Source: Candidatus Latescibacterota bacterium (GTDB taxonomy: Bacteria; Latescibacterota; UBA2968; UBA8231). From it: a DNA stretch of 64,000 nucleotides. A program made the position numbers and the translations under genes. How positions within the stretch are numbered: the first letter of the stretch is position 1; the number at the start of each line of letters is the position of its first letter. The notes beneath the pieces are model-generated. The model ran no database searches. It was not told where the DNA came from and saw only the letters and a program-made list of their open reading frames with translations. Of this stretch, positions 44,824 to 52,933 are shown one piece after another. Location of the stretch: assembly GCA_964291625.2 (NCBI GenBank), contig OZ220089.1, forward strand, positions 4,192,001-4,256,000, written 5' to 3'.

Positions 44824-46968
44824 GTGAACAGGGAAATCGCGCCGATCTACCGGCAGTACCTGAAGTCGCGCTCCGAGCCCCTCCTCGAGTCGCGCCACCG
44901 CCTGACGTGGCGGGGGTTCTTCGTGGGGAGCTTCCTGAGCTTCTTCCTCGCCGTCAGCGCCCCCTACGGCAACATGGTCATCAAGGGCGCTTACCTGGCC
45001 GCCGACATCAGCACCCCGGGAGCGATCTTCGTCTTCGTCGTGCTCATCGGGCTCCTCAACCTCGCCTTCAAGCTGGCGGCCCGCGGCAGGAGAGCGGCCC
45101 TCGCCCTGGCCCTCGCCCTTGGGTGCGCGTGGCTCCACGTCTACTGGCCCCTGAGCGATGTCGATGTCCATTCGCCGGGGCTGATCTTCTCCACCTTCGC
45201 GGTGATATGCGGCCTCGGCAACGTCCCCCTGGCGTGGTCCGGCCGCAGCCTGGCCCTCAACCGGGCCGAGCTGATCATGGTCTATGCCATGCTGGCCATG
45301 GTCTCGGCCGTGTGCACCATGGGTCTGTCCGAGCTCATCCTGCCCACCCTCACGGCCATCTTCTACTACGCCTCGCCCGAGAACATGTGGCGGGAGAAGC
45401 TCTTCCCCCACTTCCCCGAGCACGGGATCCTGGTGGACGACGGCGCCGGGAACGCCCTGTTCTACGAGGGCCTCTCCCGGCCCGGCCAGAGCATCCCCTA
45501 CGGCGCCTGGGCCGAGCCGCTCATGTGGTGGGCCGTCTTTCTGCTGGCCCTGTACGCCTGCATGATCTCCATCGCCGTGATCCTGCGGCGCCAGTGGATG
45601 GACCGGGAGCGCCTGAGCTATCCCATCGCCCAGGTCGGTCTGGCCATGATCCGCGGCGAGGACGAGAAGGGACTGGTGAACGGCTTCTTCAAGCGCTGGT
45701 CGGTGCTGGTGGGCATGTCCATGCCCATCGTCGCCGGCAGCATGAGGGCCCTGTGGAGCTACTACCCCTCCATTCCCCGGGTCTCCCTGGACCTGCCGAT
45801 ACCGTACCTGGGCGGCAAGTTCAACTTCGCCCTGGCGGGCTTCACCTACTTCATCGACACGCGGATCTCGGGCAGCGTCTGGGTCTTCTACCTCTTCGGC
45901 AAGGTCCAGAAGCAGCTGCTGGCCACCGCCGGGGTCACGTCGGAGCAGGTGCACTTCCACGGGGTCTACGACGCACCCCTCGTCGGCTACCAGGGGCTGG
46001 GGGCCCTGCTGGTGCTCGTCGCCATGGTGCTGTGGAGGGGCCGCGAGCACCTGAAGGAGGTCTGGCTCAAGGCCCTGGGGCGCGCTCCTCTCGTCGACGA
46101 CCGCGACGAGATTCTCCCCTACCGGGGCGCCGTCATCGGCGCCCTCGGCGGGACCGCGGTCATGACCCTGTGGCTGTGGATCATGGGCACCCCGCTGTGG
46201 GTCTCCTTGTTCTTCGTCGTCCTGGCCATGGCGATCTTCATCGGCATCACCCGGATCATCGCCGAGGCCGGGCTGGCGACGCTTCGGGCGCCGGTCAACG
46301 CTCCGGACTTCGTCGTCATGGGCCTCGGCTCCTCTCTCGTCGGTCCCACCGGCGTCTTCAACATGACCATGGCCTACATCTGGGCCAGCGAGGTCCGCGC
46401 CTTCGCCATGGCCACATGCACCAACTCCCTCAAGCTGATCGAGGACATGGATGCCCGCAGCCGGCGGCTGGTCTCCCTGGCCCTCGTCCTGGCCCTGCTG
46501 ATCGGGACGCTGGGCTCGTTCTGGATGATCTTCCACGTCGCCTACCGCTACGGCGGCGTCAACCTCGATGGGTGGTTCTTCAAGGCGGGGCCGGCGGTGG
46601 CCTACGACAGCGCCGTGCGCAACCTGGAACCCGCCGGCGTCTACTGGCCGGGCATGGCCTTCCTCCTCGGCGGCGGCGGCCTCATGGCCCTGCTCCACTG
46701 GGCCCGCCACCGCCTGATCTGGTGGCCTCTCCACCCGGTCGCCTTCCCGGTATCCGCCGTCAACCTGATGACCTTCACCATCACCAGCGTCTTCGTCGCC
46801 TGGTGCATCAAGCTCCTCGTCCTCCGGTTCGGGAGCGTCAACACCTACCGCTGCACGCAGGGGCTGTTCCTGGGGATGATCGCCGGCCAGATGCTGACCA
46901 TCGGCTGCTGGCTGATCGTCGACTACTTCACCGGCCACACCGGCAACTACCTCTTCGCCTGGGGGTGA
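44824..46968 (+). CDS. DUF6785/DUF6784-type polytopic membrane protein (copy 2)
   Basis: Close paralog of 30496..32640, same length (2145 nt); ILRRQWMDRERLSYP, RIIAEAG, WWPLHPVAF. Confidence 0.8.
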   Translation: MNREIAPIYRQYLKSRSEPLLESRHRLTWRGFFVGSFLSFFLAVSAPYGNMVIKGAYLAADISTPGAIFVFVVLIGLLNLAFKLAARGRRAALALALALGCAWLHVYWPLSDVDVHSPGLIFSTFAVICGLGNVPLAWSGRSLALNRAELIMVYAMLAMVSAVCTMGLSELILPTLTAIFYYASPENMWREKLFPHFPEHGILVDDGAGNALFYEGLSRPGQSIPYGAWAEPLMWWAVFLLALYACMISIAVILRRQWMDRERLSYPIAQVGLAMIRGEDEKGLVNGFFKRWSVLVGMSMPIVAGSMRALWSYYPSIPRVSLDLPIPYLGGKFNFALAGFTYFIDTRISGSVWVFYLFGKVQKQLLATAGVTSEQVHFHGVYDAPLVGYQGLGALLVLVAMVLWRGREHLKEVWLKALGRAPLVDDRDEILPYRGAVIGALGGTAVMTLWLWIMGTPLWVSLFFVVLAMAIFIGITRIIAEAGLATLRAPVNAPDFVVMGLGSSLVGPTGVFNMTMAYIWASEVRAFAMATCTNSLKLIEDMDARSRRLVSLALVLALLIGTLGSFWMIFHVAYRYGGVNLDGWFFKAGPAVAYDSAVRNLEPAGVYWPGMAFLLGGGGLMALLHWARHRLIWWPLHPVAFPVSAVNLMTFTITSVFVAWCIKLLVLRFGSVNTYRCTQGLFLGMIAGQMLTIGCWLIVDYFTGHTGNYLFAWG

Positions 46969-47015
46969 GGGGCGAGGCGCCGACCTATGTCAACAGGATG
47001 CCACACATAGACTTA

Positions 47016-47047
47016 CGGGGAGCTGCGATGGGCCGCGCAGCTCCCCG
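47016..47047. terminator. 12-bp hairpin between the convergent DUF6785 gene and tRNA
   Basis: CGGGGAGCTGCG-ATGGGCCG-CGCAGCTCCCCG. Confidence 0.6.
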
Positions 47048-47059
47048 AAGAGCCGGAGG

Positions 47060-47135
47060 TGGTGCGCCCACAGGGACTCGAACCCCGGACCAACTGATTA
47101 AGAGTCAGCCGCTCTACCAACTGAGCTATGGGCGC
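47060..47135 (-). tRNA. tRNA-Lys(CTT)
   Basis: GCGCCCATAGCTCAGTTGGTAGAGCGGCTGACTCTTAATCAGTTGGTCCGGGGTTCGAGTCCCTGTGGGCGCACCA; cloverleaf, anticodon CTT, encoded CCA. Confidence 0.97.
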
Positions 47136-47153
47136 GGAAGGAAAGCGGCGCCG

Positions 47154-47182
47154 AGTATAGCGGCCGGATGACATTCCGTCAA
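47154..47182 (-). promoter_or_regulatory. Sigma70-type promoter of tRNA-Lys
   Basis: TTGACG-17 nt-TATACT followed by a GC-rich discriminator. Confidence 0.8.
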
Positions 47183-47262
47183 CCGTTCCCGGCGCCTGAG
47201 CGTGAATGCAAGTGGTTGTCCTGCCTGACGATATGCATCTCCCGCGGGCCCCCCGGGGTGAG

Positions 47263-47291
47263 TTGACAGTACGGCGATCCGGGTTTAGGAT
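47263..47291 (+). promoter_or_regulatory. Sigma70-type promoter for TPR-efp
   Basis: TTGACA-17 nt-TAGGAT. Confidence 0.75.
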
Positions 47292-47376
47292 GGAAGGCCG
47301 TTCAAAACCCCCGTGACAGCTGTTGAGGCAGGTCCCTTCGGTGCCAGTCCGCTCGTCCACAGGCTGCTGAGATCTG

Positions 47377-48114
47377 GTGTTCGCGCGCACCAGCAAGGTG
47401 GAGAAGGCCTTTCGGCGTTTTCCCCGGATCCCCCTGTTCGCGCGACTGGCCGAAGAGTACCTGCGCAAGGGCCGCCCCCTGCGCGCCCAGGCCCTCTGCG
47501 AGGAGGGCTGCGAGCGCTTTCCCCGCTACCCCACCGGGTTCTTCGTCCTCGGCCGCTGCTACGAGGCCCGGCGCATGTGGCAGCAGGCCCGGTCGGCCAC
47601 GGATCAGGGGTTGCAGCTCGACCCCGGCAACCTCTCCGGCCTCCGCCAACTCGCCGGGATCCACCGCCGGCTCGGTGAGGGCCAGCGGGCCCTGGAGTGC
47701 CTGCAGCGAGCCTCCGCCCTCGACCCGCTGAGCGCCCGGCTGGAGCGCGAGCTGGCGTCGCTGGCCGCCGAGGTGGGCCCCCGTCCGGAGGCCGCCCCGG
47801 CCCCCGCGCCGCGGCCTCCGGCGGTCCCGCTTCCCGCCCCCGCCCCGGCGCCATCCGTCTCCCGCTTCGGCGCGCCCGGCGATGCCGAGCTGACGGCGCT
47901 GCTGCGGCAGATCGACCGTCCCGCCGCCGGCGGCGGGGAGCCGCCCGGCTCGGGGATCGACGAGCGCGGCCCGGTGCCCACGGTGACACTGGCGCGGCTG
48001 TACGCCGGACAGGGGTTCCCCGAGCGCGCCCTGGAGATCTACCGGCGGGTGCTGTCCGCCGACCCCGGCAACCAGGACGCCCGGCGCGACGCCGAGGCTC
48101 TCACCGCCACCTGA
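47377..48114 (+). CDS. TPR repeat protein
   Basis: FARLAEEYL, LGRCY, Pro/Ala linker, C-terminal TVTLARLYAGQG. Confidence 0.82.
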   Translation: MFARTSKVEKAFRRFPRIPLFARLAEEYLRKGRPLRAQALCEEGCERFPRYPTGFFVLGRCYEARRMWQQARSATDQGLQLDPGNLSGLRQLAGIHRRLGEGQRALECLQRASALDPLSARLERELASLAAEVGPRPEAAPAPAPRPPAVPLPAPAPAPSVSRFGAPGDAELTALLRQIDRPAAGGGEPPGSGIDERGPVPTVTLARLYAGQGFPERALEIYRRVLSADPGNQDARRDAEALTAT

Positions 48115-48124
48115 GAAGGGAGAG

Positions 48125-48682
48125 ATGGCCGACACCACCAATTTCCGCAACGGCTTCACCCTGCGTCTCGACGGCGCCCTGTTCTCCATCGTCGAGTTCC
48201 AGCACGTCAAGCCGGGCAAGGGGGGCGCCTTCGTGCGCACCCGCCTGAAGAACATGAGCACGGGCGCCGTCATCGACCGCACCTTCCGCTCCGGCGACAA
48301 GGTGGAGGAGATCCGGGTGGAGAGGCGGGAGATGCAGTTCCTCTACTCCGATACCGGCACCTTCCACTTCATGGACTCCGAGACCTACGAGCAGGTCGGC
48401 CTCGACGCGGCCCTCCTCGGCGACTCGGCCGGGCTGCTGCAGGAGAACGAGAACGCCTTCGTCATGGTGGTGGAGGGCAGACCGATCGGCGTCGAGCTGC
48501 CCAACTTCGTGAACCTCAAGGTGGCCCACACCGAACCCGGAGTGAAGGGCGATACCGCCACCGGGGCGGTCAAGCCGGCCACCCTCGAGACGGGGGCGGT
48601 GGTCTCGGTGCCGCTCTTCGTCAATCAAGGCGACACCCTCAGGATCGACACGCGCACCGGCGGCTACGTGGAGCGGGTGTGA
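48125..48682 (+). CDS. efp: Elongation factor P
   Basis: HVKPGKGGAF, PGVKGDTA, VPLFV, IDTRTGGYVER. Confidence 0.97.
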   Translation: MADTTNFRNGFTLRLDGALFSIVEFQHVKPGKGGAFVRTRLKNMSTGAVIDRTFRSGDKVEEIRVERREMQFLYSDTGTFHFMDSETYEQVGLDAALLGDSAGLLQENENAFVMVVEGRPIGVELPNFVNLKVAHTEPGVKGDTATGAVKPATLETGAVVSVPLFVNQGDTLRIDTRTGGYVERV

Positions 48683-48702
48683 TGAGGGCGGGAGAGGCCG
48701 TG

Positions 48703-48731
48703 TTGCCCACGCACGGCGGTTGGAATACGAT
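48703..48731 (+). promoter_or_regulatory. Probable sigma70 promoter for gcvH
   Basis: TTGCCC-17 nt-TACGAT. Confidence 0.55.
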
Positions 48732-48813
48732 CATCGAACATTCGGCGAGGCGGCGCTTCGGGGTGACACGGGTCCACGCCGGCGTCGTCTGACCCATCCG
48801 AAGAGGAGCGATC

Positions 48814-49212
48814 ATGGCAGAGTCGGAAACCAGGGTTCCCGAGGACCTCCGCTACACCGAGCAGCACGAGTGGATCTCCCTCGAGGGGGAGCTCGGCACC
48901 ATCGGCATCACCGACTACGCCCAGTCCGAGCTCGGCGACATCGTCTTCGTCGAGCTGCCCGAGGTGGGGGACACGCTGGAAAAGGGTCAGGCCTTCGGAG
49001 CGGTGGAGGCGGTCAAGACCGTGGAGGAGCTCTACTCTCCGGTGAGCTGCCAGGTCGTGGAGGTCAACGAAACCCTCGAGGAGAGTGCCGAGCAGGTGAA
49101 CGCCGACCCCTACGGCGACGGCTGGCTCCTCAAGGTCCGCCTCGACGACCCCGAGGAAGCGGGCGGCCTTCTGGGGCCTTCCGAGTATGCCGAGTTCATC
49201 GAGGACGCCTGA
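48814..49212 (+). CDS. gcvH: Glycine cleavage system H protein
   Basis: HEW, GITDYAQSELGDIVFVELP, VEAVK (lipoyl-Lys), NADPYGDGW. Confidence 0.97.
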   Translation: MAESETRVPEDLRYTEQHEWISLEGELGTIGITDYAQSELGDIVFVELPEVGDTLEKGQAFGAVEAVKTVEELYSPVSCQVVEVNETLEESAEQVNADPYGDGWLLKVRLDDPEEAGGLLGPSEYAEFIEDA

Positions 49213-49276
49213 ACCACCATCGTTTGCAGAGTTGACGATGTGCGCCGATCCCCGTTGATTCTCCGGGATATATGGG

Positions 49277-49825
49277 ATGATCCGCGCCATCCACCATACC
49301 GCCGCACGCAGGCAGGCCCCCGTCCTCGACGAGGCGGTCCTCGTGCTCAACCAGAACTACGAGCCCCTCAACGTCTGTTCCGTCCGCAGGGCCCTGAGCC
49401 TCGTCTTCGGCGGCAAGGCGATCAGCGTCGAACCCGCCGACCGCCAGGTGCGCTCCGTGTCCGACGCCTTCCCGGTGCCCAGCGTCGTCCGTCTCGAGCG
49501 TTACATCCGCGCCCCCCGGCGCCGCGTCGTGCTGTCCAAGCGCAACATCTTCAAGCGCGACAACTACGAGTGCCAGTACTGCGGGACCGCCGACCGCAAG
49601 ATGACCATCGACCACGTTGTCCCCAGGAAGCACAGGGGCCCCGAAACCTGGGAGAACCTGGTCACCGCTTGCGCCGCCTGTAACGCCCGCAAGGGAGACC
49701 GGCCGCCCGAGCAGGCGGGTCTGCGGCTGCGCCGCAAGCCCAAGCGCCCGAACAACGTCACCTTCATCCGCAACCATGTGGGCGTCGCCGACCACCGGTG
49801 GAAACCCTACCTCTTCCTTGACTGA
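49277..49825 (+). CDS. HNH endonuclease (McrA-like)
   Basis: VLVLNQNYEPL, RDNYECQYCG, TIDHVVP, WENLVTACAACNARKG. Confidence 0.93.
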   Translation: MIRAIHHTAARRQAPVLDEAVLVLNQNYEPLNVCSVRRALSLVFGGKAISVEPADRQVRSVSDAFPVPSVVRLERYIRAPRRRVVLSKRNIFKRDNYECQYCGTADRKMTIDHVVPRKHRGPETWENLVTACAACNARKGDRPPEQAGLRLRRKPKRPNNVTFIRNHVGVADHRWKPYLFLD

Positions 49826-50585
49826 GCCAGGCCTCCTCGAGTCCGAAGGCTCCCTCGACCCGTACGGCGTCCGGCTAGAGGTCTTCGAAGGGCCTCTCGA
49901 CCTGCTCCTCTACCTCATCCGCAGGAACGAGGTGGACATCTACGACATCCCCGTGTCGACGATCACCGCCCAGTACCTCGGCCTCCTCGGGTCCGAGGTG
50001 CACCTCCTCGATCTCGAGAGGTCCGCCGACTTCGTCCTCATGGCGGCGACCCTGATGAAGATCAAGTCGCAGATGCTGCTCCCCCGCGAGGCCGTCGGCG
50101 AGACCGACGACGAGAGCGGCGAGGACCCGAGGGAGGAACTGGTGCGCCGGCTGCTGGAGTACCAGCAGTTCAAGGAGATCGCCCACTGGCTCTCCGACGC
50201 GGGCCTCGAGCAGCGCCGCGTCTACAGCCGCAGCGGTCAGGCCGACGAGTCCGAGGCCGGGCTGCATCCCGTCTCCCTCTTCGACCTGCTGAAGGTCTAC
50301 AAGCACGTCATCGACAACGTGCCCCGCTCCCTGGTCCACCGCATCGTCGAGGAGCGGGTCACCGTCGAGGAGTGCATCGACCTCATCCTCGGCGCCCTGA
50401 ACCGCCGCTCCCGCCTGCGGTTCCACGACCTGGTGGAGGGCCGCAACCGCCACGACCTGGTGGTCACCTTCATCGGTCTCCTCGAGCTGCTCAAGTCCCA
50501 GCGTGTGCGCGTGCAGCAGGCGCGTCCCTTCGGCGACATCTGGATCGAGGGCGGCCCAGGCGGGGTTGCGGCGGAACCATCGTGA
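49818..50585 (+). CDS. scpA: Segregation and condensation protein A
   Basis: FEGPLDLLLYLI, FVLMAATLMKIKS, TFIGLLEL; TTG start inferred. Confidence 0.92.
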   Translation: MTEPGLLESEGSLDPYGVRLEVFEGPLDLLLYLIRRNEVDIYDIPVSTITAQYLGLLGSEVHLLDLERSADFVLMAATLMKIKSQMLLPREAVGETDDESGEDPREELVRRLLEYQQFKEIAHWLSDAGLEQRRVYSRSGQADESEAGLHPVSLFDLLKVYKHVIDNVPRSLVHRIVEERVTVEECIDLILGALNRRSRLRFHDLVEGRNRHDLVVTFIGLLELLKSQRVRVQQARPFGDIWIEGGPGGVAAEPS

Positions 50586-51379
50586 GCGGATCCCTCGACC
50601 CCGGCGAGTTGCGCGGCATCGTCGAGGCGGTGCTGATGACCTCCGACGCCCCGGTCACCCCCGGCCGCCTGGAGGCCGTGGTGAAAGGGGTCAAGGGCTC
50701 GCAGCTGCGCCAGGCGGTGAGGGAGCTCAACGAGAGCTACCGCGAGGGCGGCCACGCCATGACCATCGCCGAGATCGCCGGCGGTTACCAGGTGGTCACT
50801 CTCAAGGAGTTCGCCCCGTGGCTGCGCAAGTTCCACGACCGCGGCCATGTGCGCCTGTCCCAGGCGGCTCTCGAGACCCTGGCCATCGTCGCCTTCAAGC
50901 AGCCCGTCACGCGCATGGAGGTCGACAACCTCCGCGGCGTCGATTCCGCCGGTGTCGTTCGCAACCTGCTCGAGCTCAATCTCGTGCGCATCGTCGGCCG
51001 CTCCGAGGGCATCGGCCGCCCCATGCTGTTCGGCACCACCCGCGACTTCATGACCCACTTCGGTCTGCGGTCGCTGGCCGACCTGCCCAAGCCCAAGGAG
51101 CTCGAGGAACTGCTGGCCGAGGGCGAGCGCAAGGCTCACGCCGGGGCGGGAAACGGCCAGGTGGAGAGCGGCCCCGAAGAGGGGCAGGGTCCGGAGGCGG
51201 ACCCGCCGGCAGAAGGCCTGCCCGCCGTGGGCGGCCAGGCAGAGGCCGGAGACCGCGCCGAGGGGCCGGACCCGGGGGCGGAGGAGTGGCCGGAGACGGA
51301 CCTGCCCGAAGTGGGCGGCCGGATCGAGGCCGAAGGAGAGTTGCCGGAGGGGGGGAGTGCCGAGGATCGCCGAAGCTGA
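50582..51379 (+). CDS. scpB: Segregation and condensation protein B, with acidic tail
   Basis: IAGGYQ, LSQAALETLAIVAFKQPVTR, RGVDS, GRPMLFGTT. Confidence 0.95.
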   Translation: MSGSLDPGELRGIVEAVLMTSDAPVTPGRLEAVVKGVKGSQLRQAVRELNESYREGGHAMTIAEIAGGYQVVTLKEFAPWLRKFHDRGHVRLSQAALETLAIVAFKQPVTRMEVDNLRGVDSAGVVRNLLELNLVRIVGRSEGIGRPMLFGTTRDFMTHFGLRSLADLPKPKELEELLAEGERKAHAGAGNGQVESGPEEGQGPEADPPAEGLPAVGGQAEAGDRAEGPDPGAEEWPETDLPEVGGRIEAEGELPEGGSAEDRRS

Positions 51380-51398
51380 GAGCCCCCGGACAGAGGGC

Positions 51399-52130
51399 AT
51401 GCAGCTCAACCGCTTCCTCGCCCGCGCCGGTGTCGCTTCCCGGCGGCGGTGCGCGGACCTGATCTCCGCCGGCGCCGTGCGCGTCAACGGCGCGCCCGCA
51501 GCGGGGCCGGGGCACCGGATCGACCCCGTTCGGGACCGGGTGGAGCTCGAGGGCAGGGGCCGCGTGGCCCTGCCCGAAGGCTTCGAGTACGTTCTGCTCC
51601 ACAAGCGCCGCGACACCCTCGTCACGAGCCGCGACGAGCGCGGCCGGACCACGGTCTACGAGGGGCTGGAGCTGAGGCCCGGGACCGTGGCCGTGGGGCG
51701 CCTCGACCGCGACACCACGGGGGCCCTGCTGCTCACCGACGACGGCGATCTGGCCTACCGTCTGACCCATCCGCGCTACGGGATCGAGAAGCACTACGTC
51801 GCCGTCCTGCGGGGGAGGCCGGACGACGGCGCCCTGCGGCGGCTGCGGCAGGGGCTGGAGCTCGAGGACGGACCGACCGCCCCCGCCGGCGCGCGCCTCC
51901 TGGGCTACACCGGCGAAGGCCGGGGCCGGATCGAGCTGGTCCTCACCGAGGGCCGCAAGCACCAGGTCAAGCGCATGTGCATGGCCGTCGGCCACAAGGT
52001 GACGAGCCTGCGGCGGCAGAGCTTCGCCGGCCTGGCTCTCGGCGACCTGCGCGCCGGCCAGTGGCGCCGGCTGCGCCCCGCCGAGGTGGCGCGCCTTCGC
52101 CGGCGGGTGGGCCTGGGGCCGGATCGGTGA
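51399..52130 (+). CDS. rluB: 23S rRNA pseudouridine synthase, RluB/RsuA family
   Basis: S4 domain LNRFLARAGVASRR; VGRLDRDTTGALLLTDDG; EGRKHQVKRM. Confidence 0.88.
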   Translation: MQLNRFLARAGVASRRRCADLISAGAVRVNGAPAAGPGHRIDPVRDRVELEGRGRVALPEGFEYVLLHKRRDTLVTSRDERGRTTVYEGLELRPGTVAVGRLDRDTTGALLLTDDGDLAYRLTHPRYGIEKHYVAVLRGRPDDGALRRLRQGLELEDGPTAPAGARLLGYTGEGRGRIELVLTEGRKHQVKRMCMAVGHKVTSLRRQSFAGLALGDLRAGQWRRLRPAEVARLRRRVGLGPDR

Positions 52131-52801
52131 CCGCAAGGGGGTTGACGATCGCCATCGACGGGGTCATCGGCGCCGGCAAGTCCACGGCGGCACGGGGGGC
52201 CGCAGCCGCCCTCGGCTACCGTCATCTCGACACCGGCGCCATGTACCGGGCGGTGGCCCTGGCCGCGAGCCGCCGCGGCGTCGAGCCCGGGGCCCCGGCG
52301 CTCGGGGCGTTCCTCGAGGGCCTGAGCCTCGAGTTCCCGGCGGGCCGGGGCGGGGGCCTTCACCTCGGGGGGGAAGATGTGAGTGAGGCCATCCGCAGTC
52401 CCGAGGTCTCGCGCTCGGTGGGGGCCTTCGCCGACGATCCCGTGGTGCGCCGCGTCCTGGTGCGGCGGCAACGCGAGATCGGCCGCCGCGGCGGCGTCGT
52501 CGCCGAAGGCCGCGACATGACCACGGTCGTCTTTCCCCATGCGGACCTGAAGGTGCGCATGGTCGCCGACCTGGAGGAAAGGGCCCGCCGCCGGCACCGC
52601 GAGTTCCTCGCCGCCGGCGTCGAGATCAGCCTGTCCCGCGTGCGCGCCGACATCCGCCGGCGCGACCGGGAGGACGCCGAGCGCGACTACGGCGTCGAGG
52701 GAGGAGCCCCGGAGGATGCGGTGGAGGTCGACACCAGCGGCCTGACGGCCGATCAGGTGGTGGACCGCATCCTGGCGCTGGCGCGCGAGCGCGGCGCTTG
52801 A
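52127..52801 (+). CDS. cmk: Cytidylate kinase
   Basis: IAIDGVIGAGKST, DTGAMYRAV, EGRDM. Confidence 0.95.
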   Translation: MTARGLTIAIDGVIGAGKSTAARGAAAALGYRHLDTGAMYRAVALAASRRGVEPGAPALGAFLEGLSLEFPAGRGGGLHLGGEDVSEAIRSPEVSRSVGAFADDPVVRRVLVRRQREIGRRGGVVAEGRDMTTVVFPHADLKVRMVADLEERARRRHREFLAAGVEISLSRVRADIRRRDREDAERDYGVEGGAPEDAVEVDTSGLTADQVVDRILALARERGA

Positions 52802-52933
52802 GGGGATCCCGTTTGCCGGCCCGCCACGAGGGCGAGCCGGTTCATCAACCCGGGTTTCCGGCCTGGCCGGAGCCCACAACCCTCCCGGCGCCGGCCTGAC
52901 GGGCGGCCCCGGAGGCGAGACGGAAGAAGCCAG

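Noticed and set aside
48732-48813. Possible glycine riboswitch upstream of gcvH
   Set aside because: Short, and lacks the GGAGA...CCGAAG...CUCUCAGG aptamer pattern
49277-49825. HNH nuclease as a mobile or defence element
   Set aside because: Common stand-alone McrA-like family within a housekeeping run; no methylase, intron, IS ends or repeats nearby
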